Shown in pieces: positions 40,224 through 49,037 of a DNA stretch of 64,000 nucleotides. The notes beneath the pieces were generated by a model. That model made no database searches, had not been told where the DNA came from, and saw only the letters and a list, made by a program, of their open reading frames with translations. Numbering within the stretch: the stretch's first letter is position 1; every line of letters starts with the position of its first letter. Source of the stretch: Alphaproteobacteria bacterium (GTDB lineage: Bacteria > Pseudomonadota > Alphaproteobacteria > GCA-2731375); assembly GCA_965216645.1 (NCBI GenBank), contig CBDCGJ010000068.1, positions 2,626-66,625 of the forward strand, read 5' to 3'. Made by a program: the position numbers and the translations under genes.

Positions 40224-41108
40224 TTAGGCGGCTTTTTTCATCCGCACAACGGCGTCATAGTCCGCCATCAGGTTTTGCGTGACCTCGCCGACAACGAACC
40301 GATAGTCGTCGATTTCCGAAACGCCAGTTACCTCCGCGGCCGTCCCAGTAATGAAGAATTCCTGCGCCTTCGCCAGATCCTCCGGCATGATCACGCGTTC
40401 ATGTATTTTGTAGCCGCGGGCCCGCGCCAAATCTATCGCGGTGCGTCGCGTGATGCCGTCGAGGAAGCAATCCGGGATCGGCGTATGGATTTCGCCGTCA
40501 ATGACCAGGAACACATTCGCGCCCGTGCATTCCGCGACCTGACCGCGCCAATCGAGCATCAGGGCGTCGTCATAGCCCTCCTTCTCGGCCGCATGCTTCG
40601 ACAGGGTGCAGATCATGTAAAGGCCGGCCGCTTTCGAAATCACCGGTGCGCAGATCGGATCGGGCCGGCGCCATTTCGAGATTTGCAGGCGAATACCCTT
40701 CATCCGCGCTTCCGGATCGAAGTAAGAGGGCCATTCCCATGCCGCAACGGCGACGTTGATCTTATTGGCTTGTGCGGATACACCCATCATCTCCGACCCG
40801 CGCCAAGCCACCGGACGGACATAGGCATCCACGAGCTTGTTCGCCGCCAACACCTCGCGTTTCGCCTGGTTGACCTGATCTTCCGTGAAAGGGATTTCAA
40901 AATCCAGAACACGGGCGGAATTGAACAGACGTGCCGTATGCTCTTCACTTTTGAATATATGCCCGTCATACGCACGTTCGCCTTCGAAGACGCAGGACGC
41001 GTAATGCATGCCATGGGTCAGCACGTGAAATTTGGCATCCTGCCACGGCACCAATTCGCCGTTGACCCAAATCATGCCGTCAAGCTGGTCGTGAGGTAAA
41101 ATTGCCAT
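40224..41108 (-). CDS. ilvE: Branched-chain amino acid aminotransferase
   Basis: HYASCVFEGERAY, YVRP, SKAAGLY, LDGITR, TGTAAE; GGAG before MAILP. Confidence 0.95.
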   Translation of the reverse strand: MAILPHDQLDGMIWVNGELVPWQDAKFHVLTHGMHYASCVFEGERAYDGHIFKSEEHTARLFNSARVLDFEIPFTEDQVNQAKREVLAANKLVDAYVRPVAWRGSEMMGVSAQANKINVAVAAWEWPSYFDPEARMKGIRLQISKWRRPDPICAPVISKAAGLYMICTLSKHAAEKEGYDDALMLDWRGQVAECTGANVFLVIDGEIHTPIPDCFLDGITRRTAIDLARARGYKIHERVIMPEDLAKAQEFFITGTAAEVTGVSEIDDYRFVVGEVTQNLMADYDAVVRMKKAA

Positions 41109-41174
41109 TTCACTTGCTCCAGGGTTCGAAAATTTCGTCCGATTGGCGATCCATGTAACATTCGCTCTAAAATA

Positions 41175-41215
41175 TGTCAACAATGCTGACCTAAAAAATG
41201 TCAGCATTGCTGACA
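41175..41215. promoter_or_regulatory. Two tandem 17-bp palindromic operators between divergent ilvE and the MarR gene
   Basis: TGTCAACAATGCTGACC (41175-41191) and perfect TGTCAGCA-T-TGCTGACA (41199-41215). Confidence 0.7.
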
Positions 41216-41236
41216 GATTTTTGCTAGCATGCACCC

Positions 41237-41731
41237 ATGAGCGAACTTGGAAGCGGCCCCAACCCCTTGTTCCTGCGCGATGAAGAGCTGCGCCGTGGTA
41301 TTGAATTGCTGTTCTTTGCCTACCGAGATTTTACCGGCGATCCGGACAAAATACTGGCAGGATTCAACTTCGGTCGCGCCCATCATCGCGTGCTACATTT
41401 TGTCGGTCGCAATCCCGGCATGAATGTCAAAGAATTGCTCGCTATCCTCAAGATTACCAAGCAAAGTCTAAGTCGGGTCTTGAGCCAGCTGGTGAGCGAA
41501 GGGTTTGTCCTGCAAGAGAAAGGCCATCGAGACCGCCGCCAACGCCTGCTCTATCTGACCGATAAAGGGCGGGAGTTGGAAGGCTCCCTGTCGGCGGCGC
41601 AGAGGGCCAGGGTCTCGCGCGCCTACCGCGAGGCTGGCGCCGATGCGGTCGCCGGCTTCCAAAAGGTTCTAGTCGGATTGATCGATGAATTGGAAAAAGA
41701 TGACATTATCGCCTCAATCAATCGACCTTGA
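41237..41731 (+). CDS. MarR-family regulator (PetP-like)
   Basis: IELLFFAYRDFT, GRAHHR, ITKQSLSR, DRRQR; upstream of an OmpR/EnvZ-like pair. Confidence 0.88.
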   Translation: MSELGSGPNPLFLRDEELRRGIELLFFAYRDFTGDPDKILAGFNFGRAHHRVLHFVGRNPGMNVKELLAILKITKQSLSRVLSQLVSEGFVLQEKGHRDRRQRLLYLTDKGRELEGSLSAAQRARVSRAYREAGADAVAGFQKVLVGLIDELEKDDIIASINRP

Positions 41732-41751
41732 TTAGCTTGCGCGAACCGGCC

Positions 41752-42432
41752 GTGATCGACAGCGAAACCCACATCCTTGTCGTCGATGATGACAATCGGC
41801 TCCGCGACCTGTTGCGCCGGTATCTCACCGAGGAAGGTTTTCGCGTCACAACCGCCGCTGACGCCGAAGAGGCACGCGGCAAACTTGGCGGGCTTGAATT
41901 CGATCTTCTGATCCTAGATCTCATGATGCCGGGCGAAAGCGGTCTTGAACTGACGGCGGATCTTCGCCGGACCAACGATGTGCCCATTCTTTTGCTGACC
42001 GCCATGGGCGAAACGGAGGATCGAATTGCCGGGCTCGAGGTCGGTGCCGACGACTATTTGGCGAAGCCGTTCGAGCCGAGGGAACTCGTGCTTCGGATCC
42101 AGTCGATCCTGAAACGCGCAAGGGCACGCGGCCGGGATGGCCGGACTGTCGTCTTCGGCGATTGCGAGTTCCATTTGGAGCGCGGCGAACTTCAGCGCGA
42201 CGGCGAGATCGTTCGACTGACGGCCAACGAAACGGAGCTTCTGCGCGTGTTTTCCCGCAATCCCGGCGTCACCATCGACCGCGCCGATCTGATCAATCAT
42301 TCCGGCGCCAACAATCTGCGCGCCGTCGATGTGCAGATCAACAGACTGCGCCGGAAGATCGAAACCGATCCGAAGACGCCACGTCATTTGCAGACGGTCT
42401 GGGGCCGCGGTTATGTCCTTTGGCTCGAATGA
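41752..42432 (+). CDS. OmpR-family response regulator (PetR-like)
   Basis: VVDDD, DLMMPG, GADDYLAKPF, RAVDVQINRLR, TVWGRGY; start codon uncertain. Confidence 0.92.
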   Translation: MIDSETHILVVDDDNRLRDLLRRYLTEEGFRVTTAADAEEARGKLGGLEFDLLILDLMMPGESGLELTADLRRTNDVPILLLTAMGETEDRIAGLEVGADDYLAKPFEPRELVLRIQSILKRARARGRDGRTVVFGDCEFHLERGELQRDGEIVRLTANETELLRVFSRNPGVTIDRADLINHSGANNLRAVDVQINRLRRKIETDPKTPRHLQTVWGRGYVLWLE

Positions 42433-42447
42433 CCGGGGCGTAGAACC

Positions 42448-43755
42448 GTGTTGAAGCGACTCCTGCCGCGCAGCCTGTTCGGACGCTCCCTGCTGATCGT
42501 CTTGATACCCGTGTTGTTGCTGCAGCTTCTTCTGATCACCGTCTTTTTCGATCGTCACCTGGATCGCGTGACCACACGGCTGGCCAAATCCGTCGCCGGA
42601 GATTTGAACTTTCTGTCCGTTCGGTTCGACGACTTCGCCGCGGAGGCGGATCGTTTGGAGCTGCTGCGGGAAGCGGAACAGAATCTCAACATGTCGCTGA
42701 CATTCGTGCAGGGAAAGAAAATCGACAAGTCGTTCCGACCCGAAACCATGACGCCGCTGGACGCACTGCTCTATCAAACGCTGGAGGACGGCCTGCCGCG
42801 CGGCTACATGGCGTACGAAAATTCCGCGCGCGAGCATTACGAGATTTACGTGCCGGTCAACGATGGTGCCTTATTCGCCATTGTTCCATTCAACCGCTTC
42901 ACCACGTCGACCAGCCACATTTTGGCCATGTGGGTGGTCGGCGGCGGCGCGCTTTTCCTGGCCATTGCCATTGTGTTCCTCCGCAATCAGATCAAACCGA
43001 TCCGGCAGTTGGCCGAAGCCGCGGAAAAGTTCGGCAAGGGCCAGGATGTGGAGGACTATCGGCCGACCGGGGCCAGCGAAGTCCGTCAAGCCGGCGCCGC
43101 CTTTCTGGAGATGAGCGAGCGCATCCAACGGCAGATCCGACAGCGCACCGAAATGCTCGCCGGGGTCAGTCACGATCTGAAGACCCCGCTGACCCGAATG
43201 AAGCTCGAACTGGCCATGCTTGGCAAACAGCCCGGGGTCGAGGATCTGAAAGCCGACATCACCGAAATGGAAGACATGGTCGAAGGATATCTGGCTTTCG
43301 CCCGCGGCGCCCAGGGCGAGCAAATTCAGGAGATCGACTTGGCCGATTTGCTGAACGATGTCGTTACGCAAGCGCAGCGGGACGGCAGCAAGGTCGCGCT
43401 GGAGATGACCAAACCGATGCCCGTGGCATGCCGGCCCAAAGCCCTGAAACGATGCATCACAAACCTCGTCGATAATGCCCGCCGCTTCGGCAGTCAGATT
43501 CGGGTCAGCGCCGACAAACGTGAGGGCCGGGTGCAAATCGACGTCGACGATAATGGACCGGGCGTCCCGCCGGAAAAACGCCGCGACGTGTTCCGGCCGT
43601 TTTACCGGATCGAAGACTCGCGCAACCCCGGCACCGGCGGCGTCGGCCTCGGCCTTGCCATCGCACGGGATACGATCCGCGGATTCGGTGGGGAGGTTTC
43701 GCTTGAAGACTCGGACCTGGGCGGCCTGCGTGCCCGGATCAGTTTACCCGTTTAG
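42448..43755 (+). CDS. EnvZ-like sensor histidine kinase
   Basis: Two TM segments, HAMP, VSHDLKTP, NLVDNA, DNGPG, GVGLGL. Confidence 0.93.
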   Translation: MLKRLLPRSLFGRSLLIVLIPVLLLQLLLITVFFDRHLDRVTTRLAKSVAGDLNFLSVRFDDFAAEADRLELLREAEQNLNMSLTFVQGKKIDKSFRPETMTPLDALLYQTLEDGLPRGYMAYENSAREHYEIYVPVNDGALFAIVPFNRFTTSTSHILAMWVVGGGALFLAIAIVFLRNQIKPIRQLAEAAEKFGKGQDVEDYRPTGASEVRQAGAAFLEMSERIQRQIRQRTEMLAGVSHDLKTPLTRMKLELAMLGKQPGVEDLKADITEMEDMVEGYLAFARGAQGEQIQEIDLADLLNDVVTQAQRDGSKVALEMTKPMPVACRPKALKRCITNLVDNARRFGSQIRVSADKREGRVQIDVDDNGPGVPPEKRRDVFRPFYRIEDSRNPGTGGVGLGLAIARDTIRGFGGEVSLEDSDLGGLRARISLPV

Positions 43756-43762
43756 ACCATGA

Positions 43763-44227
43763 TCAGAAATCGTAAGGCCCGGCGGCCATGACATCCGCCG
43801 GCAGCCAAGTTTCGTGGACATGGCGCCAGATCAGGCCGCTGTCCCGGCTGGGATCGCGCAGAAAGAGTGCGCTGGAAAGTCGGCCATTTTCTGGCGGCGT
43901 CGAATTGACCGCTTCGCGCTGCCATTCTTCATAGGACGCGAGGACGATGTCCGCTGTCTCGTGCAAAACCTGGACATTGCGGATCTTGATCTTGAACCTG
44001 TCGTTGATGCCGTAGCCATTCTCGATCAACGGCAGGATCTCGTCCCGCGACAGAAAACCGCCGCCCGGCATGACGATCGTGAAGCCGTCGATCATGCGGC
44101 TTCCGGCGCCATTGGCGAACACCGCTTGGTCTCGGGGGCAGCGCCCGGCATACCAGTCCATGAAGAAGTCATGCAGTCCTTCGACTTCCGAGACCACTTG
44201 ATTGTATGTTGCGGTGCTGTCGGTCAT
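43763..44227 (-). CDS. NTF2/SnoaL-like hypothetical protein
   Basis: LHDFF..W, YEEWQ, WRHVHETW motifs. Confidence 0.6.
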   Translation of the reverse strand: MTDSTATYNQVVSEVEGLHDFFMDWYAGRCPRDQAVFANGAGSRMIDGFTIVMPGGGFLSRDEILPLIENGYGINDRFKIKIRNVQVLHETADIVLASYEEWQREAVNSTPPENGRLSSALFLRDPSRDSGLIWRHVHETWLPADVMAAGPYDF

Positions 44228-44289
44228 GGCCGATAGTATCCTTCCCTGTTCCCCTGCGGATCCCCAAGATAGCCCGAATGCGAGAACCG

Positions 44290-45270
44290 ATGAAGGCACT
44301 TTACTGTCAGGCCTATTGCGAGCCGGACGATCTCGTCTACGGCGACCTACCGCCGCCCGAGATCGGCGCGAATGACGTCCGCATCGCCGTTCGGGCAGCG
44401 GCTTTGAACTTCCCGGACTTGTTGATGATCCAGGGCAAATACCAATACAAATCCCCCTTCCCTTTCGCGCCCGGCATGGAATGCGCCGGCGAAATTGTGG
44501 AAGTCGGCCCAGAGGTAACGGACCTGTCGCCCGGCGACCGGGTCGCGGCCCATCCCTGGCGCGGCTGCCTGGCCGAGCAAGTGGCGGCGCCAGCGGACCT
44601 GGTACATAAACTGCCGGAAGAGATGGACGACGTCACAGCGGCCGGTTTCTGCCTTACGCATGGTACGGTCTATCATGCCTTGCACGATCGGGGTGCCCTG
44701 AAGCCGGGTGAGACGCTTCTTGTCCTTGGTGCCGCCGGCGGCGTCGGCATCAACGCCTGTACCTTCGGTAAGCAATTGGGTGCCCGCGTCATTGCGGCGG
44801 CAAGCGGACCGGAGAAACTCGAACTTGCCCGCGCCCACGGCGCCGATGAGGTGATCGACTATACCCGCGAAGATCTGCGCGATCGGGTCAAAGCCCTGAC
44901 CGAGAATCGCGGCGTGGACGTGATCTTCGATCCGGTCGGCGGCGATGCCACGGACCAGGCGATGCGTTGCCTCGCTTTCGACGGCCGGCTGTTGATCATC
45001 GGATTTGCCGGCGGCCGGATCGCCGACCTGCGCAGCAACTACGTGCTGATCAAATGCCTACAGATCGTCGGCGTCGCCTTTCAACGCTTCACCCGCCTCG
45101 CCCCGCAGCAGTCGAAAGCGAATATGCAGGCGATGTTCGAGTTATGGCAGGACGACAAGCTGAAGCCGTTGATCGGTGCAACCTACCCTTTGGCCGAGGG
45201 CGCGCGGGCACTCAACGACATGGCGGCAAGACGGGCCACGGGGAAGTTGGTGGTCACGGTCGATCAGTAA
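44290..45270 (+). CDS. NADPH:quinone oxidoreductase (zeta-crystallin MDR family)
   Basis: NFPD, PGME, GAAGGVG, DPVGG, TGKLV. Confidence 0.9.
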   Translation: MKALYCQAYCEPDDLVYGDLPPPEIGANDVRIAVRAAALNFPDLLMIQGKYQYKSPFPFAPGMECAGEIVEVGPEVTDLSPGDRVAAHPWRGCLAEQVAAPADLVHKLPEEMDDVTAAGFCLTHGTVYHALHDRGALKPGETLLVLGAAGGVGINACTFGKQLGARVIAAASGPEKLELARAHGADEVIDYTREDLRDRVKALTENRGVDVIFDPVGGDATDQAMRCLAFDGRLLIIGFAGGRIADLRSNYVLIKCLQIVGVAFQRFTRLAPQQSKANMQAMFELWQDDKLKPLIGATYPLAEGARALNDMAARRATGKLVVTVDQ

Positions 45271-45608
45271 AGGCGCGCGCCCGGACTGACCTCTTTATCC
45301 GGCGCGATCAAAACGACCTCGCCCTCGTCGTCGGGAAAACCGAGTACCAGCACCTCCGACATGAATTTGCCGATTTGCTTGCGCGGGAAGTTGACGACGG
45401 CGGCCACCTGCCGACCAAGCAGTTCGTCCTTGTCGTAGTTTTTCGTGACTTGCGCGGAGGACTTGCGTTCGCCGATCTCAGGTCCGAAATCGAGCCAGAT
45501 TTTGTAAGCCGGCCGGCGTGCTTCTGGAAAATCTTCGACCTTGACGATGCGGCCGACGCGAATGTCGACAGCCAGAAAATCTTCGAAATCAATCTCCGGC
45601 GCGCTCAT
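45264..45608 (-). CDS. csaA: tRNA-binding/chaperone protein CsaA
   Basis: DIRVG, FPEARRPAY, SSAQVT, VVNFPRKQIG, SEVLVLG. Confidence 0.92.
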   Translation of the reverse strand: MSAPEIDFEDFLAVDIRVGRIVKVEDFPEARRPAYKIWLDFGPEIGERKSSAQVTKNYDKDELLGRQVAAVVNFPRKQIGKFMSEVLVLGFPDDEGEVVLIAPDKEVSPGARLY

Positions 45609-46239
45609 CCTCCGCCTCCTTCCCCCGTCGGCACGGACGCAGCTGCAACACCCCGATAATGCCGTCGATCCGGGTCAAGCCGCGGTCAAGTGCGGCCATG
45701 ACCTTGTCGTCATCGACCTCATCGCCTTTCAGCCAGACCCGCAGGGTCGCCAGATAGAGCAGCCCGAGCCCCTTCTCCTGCAACGGCTGCAGCGGTCCCC
45801 AGTCATCGACATGGGCCGCCTCCAGCATCCAGCGTACGCTGCGCCGCATCGGCCCGGCCAAGAAGCAGGCCAGCGACGGCGGATCCTTCGACAAGTCGGC
45901 GATCAGGTTCCGCACCGCCTTGCGGCGCGGCGTGAGCGTATCCAATCGAGACATGATGACCTCGAACAAGCGCGCCCGTACTTTCTCCTCAGCCAGGCTG
46001 TCGTCGAGGCCAGCCATCATGGCACCATCCGTTCGCGCCATGAACCCGGCTAAAAGAGCGTCCTTGCTGGCGAACTCCCGGCGCAGCTCGGCCAACGGCA
46101 GGTCGGCGGCCTCGGCGATGTCGCGCATGGTCAGCCCTCGCCAGCCTTGCAATTCGATCAAGTCGAGGGCAGCATCCAAAAACGCCTCCCGGGGCGCGGG
46201 TTTCGATTTCGCCTTGCGTTTGGTTTTCTTTGCGGCCAT
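45589..46239 (-). CDS. TetR-like protein
   Basis: N-terminal HTH (TMRDIAEAA...FASK), RLFEVIMSRLD, MAALDRGL. Confidence 0.75.
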   Translation of the reverse strand: MAAKKTKRKAKSKPAPREAFLDAALDLIELQGWRGLTMRDIAEAADLPLAELRREFASKDALLAGFMARTDGAMMAGLDDSLAEEKVRARLFEVIMSRLDTLTPRRKAVRNLIADLSKDPPSLACFLAGPMRRSVRWMLEAAHVDDWGPLQPLQEKGLGLLYLATLRVWLKGDEVDDDKVMAALDRGLTRIDGIIGVLQLRPCRRGKEAEDERAGD

Positions 46240-46331
46240 CCGGCACCGTCCTTTCGTATCGATGATAATCCCCGCTCCGGATGCCCGCAACCGGCCGTTC
46301 CGGCCAGATTTTCAGAGGAAGGAGTTCCCCA

Positions 46332-47402
46332 ATGTTGATTTCCGTCGACCGGCTGACCGATTTGGCCGAGGCGATCGTCCGTCACGCCGGCGGCAGCGAC
46401 GAAACGGCAAAAATCGTGGCCAAGCATTTGGTTGGCGCCAACTTGGCCGGTCACGACAGCCATGGTGTCGGTATGCTGCCGGCTTATTGCGGCGGTGTTA
46501 AGGCCGGTCACCTGATCGTCGACGCCAACGCGGAGCTGGTGCAGGAAAACGGCCCGTTCCTGTTGGTCGACGGCAATCAAGGCTTCGGCCAAGTGGTCGC
46601 CAAACAGGCCATGACCATGGCCATCGAGCATGCCAAGCAGCAGCATATCGCGGTATTGAGCCTGCGAAATTGCGCCCATATCGGCCGCATCGGCGCATAT
46701 GGCGAGATGGCGGCGGAAGCGGGTTTCATCTCCATCCATTACGTCAACGCCCTGTCGCCCAATTCCATCGTCGCGCCTTTCGGCGGCAGCGACGCCCGCT
46801 TCACCACGAACCCCTATTGCACGGCGATCCCGGCGACGGACAAACATTCGATGCTGCTGCTCGACATGGCCACCAGCAATATCGCCCATGGCAAGGCACG
46901 GGTCGCCTTTCTGGCCGGCCGCGAGGTCCCGGAGCAATCCTTGATCGATCACGAAGGCAATCCGACCAACGACCCCAGCGTGCTGTTCAATGAGCCGAAA
47001 GGCGCCATGCGCTCCATGGGGCTGCATAAAGGCTATGGCCTGGCCCTGGTCTGCGATCTGTTGGCGGGCGCGTTCTCCGGCGGCGGCGCCTATACCCAGC
47101 GTCAGGTGATCCCCAACCGGGTGATCAACAATATGCTGGCAATCCTGATCGATCCCAACGTCTTCGGCGGCGCCGACAATTTCTTTCAGGAGGTCGACGA
47201 CTATACGGAATGGGTCAAGGCCTCGCCGCCGGCGCCGGGCGTCGAAGAGGTCATGGTGCCCGGCGATCCGGAGCGTAAGGCCAGGGCCAACCGTACCGCC
47301 AACGGCATCGAAATCGACGACGGCTCCTGGTCGCAATTGTTGGAGGCGGCGCGCGGCGTTGGCCTAGCCGACGACGAGATCATGCGGATCGTCGGAAACT
47401 GA
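46332..47402 (+). CDS. Ldh_2-family malate/lactate/ureidoglycolate dehydrogenase (YbiC-like)
   Basis: GHDSHG, HIGRIG, TNP, DMATS, HKGYGL, PGDPE. Confidence 0.88.
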   Translation: MLISVDRLTDLAEAIVRHAGGSDETAKIVAKHLVGANLAGHDSHGVGMLPAYCGGVKAGHLIVDANAELVQENGPFLLVDGNQGFGQVVAKQAMTMAIEHAKQQHIAVLSLRNCAHIGRIGAYGEMAAEAGFISIHYVNALSPNSIVAPFGGSDARFTTNPYCTAIPATDKHSMLLLDMATSNIAHGKARVAFLAGREVPEQSLIDHEGNPTNDPSVLFNEPKGAMRSMGLHKGYGLALVCDLLAGAFSGGGAYTQRQVIPNRVINNMLAILIDPNVFGGADNFFQEVDDYTEWVKASPPAPGVEEVMVPGDPERKARANRTANGIEIDDGSWSQLLEAARGVGLADDEIMRIVGN

Positions 47403-47408
47403 AGCTTC

Positions 47409-48233
47409 TCAGGCGCCGAGTTCCTTGCCCCGCCGCTCGGCGGCTTCCACGGCGGCGGTCATCAGCGGCTTCAGGCCATCCGCTGCCATCAGCACCTCCA
47501 GCGCCGCTGCGGTGGTACCGCCCGGACTGGTAACATTGACGCGAAGCTGCGACGGATCGTCGTCCGACTGGCGCGCCAATTCGCCGGCGCCAGCAACGGT
47601 CTCCAGCGCCAATTGCCGGGCCATCTCTGCCGGTAGACCGACCGCAACGGCGGCGTCGGCCAGGCATTCGATCATATGGAAGACATAGGCCGGGCCACTG
47701 CCGCTGACCGCGGTCACCGCGTCCATTAGCGCTTCGTCCTCGAGCCAGCTGGCCGCGCCCACCGCTTCCATCAGAGCGCCGCAAAGCTCCCGCTGAGCCG
47801 GGCTGACTTGGGCATTGGCGCACAGCACGCTCATCCCGCGGCCGATGGCGGCCGGCGTGTTCGGCATGACCCGGACGATGGCGGCGGTCGAACCGAATTG
47901 ATCGGCAAAGAAGCTGATCGGCGTGCCCGCCGCGATGGAGAGATAGGCCGCACCGCCATCGGCAAAGCGCGCATAGGCCGGCGTCACCTCCGCCATGGCC
48001 TGGGGTTTGACGGCCAATACGATCACGGTCGGCGCCAGATCGGCCGGCAGCGCGCCGGCATCGGCGAGGACCTGCACGCCGTCGGGGATACTGATCCGCG
48101 CCGGATCGTGCGCCGGCTCCACCACGAAGACCTGATCAGGCCGCACGCCCTGTGCCAGCCAGCCGGCCAGCAACGCGCCACCCATCTTGCCGCAGCCCAC
48201 CAGCAGCAGCGTCCCGTCCAACGTCAAAGTCAT
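47409..48233 (-). CDS. proC: Pyrroline-5-carboxylate reductase
   Basis: GCGKMG, AVKPQ, SIAAG, RVMPN, SGSGPAY, VTSPGGTT. Confidence 0.95.
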   Translation of the reverse strand: MTLTLDGTLLLVGCGKMGGALLAGWLAQGVRPDQVFVVEPAHDPARISIPDGVQVLADAGALPADLAPTVIVLAVKPQAMAEVTPAYARFADGGAAYLSIAAGTPISFFADQFGSTAAIVRVMPNTPAAIGRGMSVLCANAQVSPAQRELCGALMEAVGAASWLEDEALMDAVTAVSGSGPAYVFHMIECLADAAVAVGLPAEMARQLALETVAGAGELARQSDDDPSQLRVNVTSPGGTTAAALEVLMAADGLKPLMTAAVEAAERRGKELGA

Positions 48234-48246
48234 AATTTGTGCGCCT

Positions 48247-48750
48247 TTATGCCTCGCCCACGGTCTCCAGCATGGAAGCGGCGACCGCTTCCTGAGCGGT
48301 TTTACCACCCCAGATGACGAACTGGAAAGCCGGGTAGAAGCGTTCGCATTCGGACATGGCGATTTCGATCAAGGTCTCGACTTCGCCGCCCGAGAGCTGA
48401 CGCAGTTCGCCGGTCAACAGCGCGTGACGGAACATGGGTATGTCCTCCTCGCTCCAAAGATCGAAATGGCCGAGCCACATGCGCTCGTTGATCTGCGCCA
48501 AGAGGTCGTAAATTGCCGTCCGCTTTTTGGCCGGGATGCGGAGGTCGTAGGCGCAGGCGATCTGAATGCCGCCCTGCTGCGGACAATAGGAGAAGCCGAG
48601 GTGATAGTCGCACCAACTGCCGGCCACGCAAACCGACAGCTCCCCCTCGCCCTGCCGATCGAAGGCCCATTCATGGGCGGTGACAATTTCCTCCACGATA
48701 TCCAGGGGATTCAAATCGTATTCGGCGTAATCGTTCGACAGCATACTCAT
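48247..48750 (-). CDS. YbjN-domain protein
   Basis: NPLDIVE, INERMWLGHFDLW, CERFYPAFQFV, ETVGEA; usual neighbour of proC. Confidence 0.85.
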   Translation of the reverse strand: MSMLSNDYAEYDLNPLDIVEEIVTAHEWAFDRQGEGELSVCVAGSWCDYHLGFSYCPQQGGIQIACAYDLRIPAKKRTAIYDLLAQINERMWLGHFDLWSEEDIPMFRHALLTGELRQLSGGEVETLIEIAMSECERFYPAFQFVIWGGKTAQEAVAASMLETVGEA

Positions 48751-49037
48751 AACAAAGTCCCCACCTCTTGCCCGCAGGCACACACACATGGTCGGAATAA
48801 AAGCCCTTCGCGCCGGCGCCGTTCGGCGATGCACACAATATATTGTTCATTTCGACACAAAACCGCTTCATATGCCGACCCTGCCAAAATCTCGGGGCCC
48901 GCGCAAGGGAATATAATATGGCCATTTCGTTCGCCAGCCCCGGTGAATGGGAATGCAGGAACAGATAGATCCTTATCCCGCTATTCTCTCGCGCGGCGGC
49001 AAGTGAGCAGTTTCTAGCCCTGCTGGATGCTGTTCTT

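Noticed and set aside
45264-45608. CsaA as a split C-terminal domain of the nearby short MetRS
   Set aside because: It has a typical standalone CsaA sequence and sits in its usual position near proC, so proximity to the inserted metG is probably coincidental
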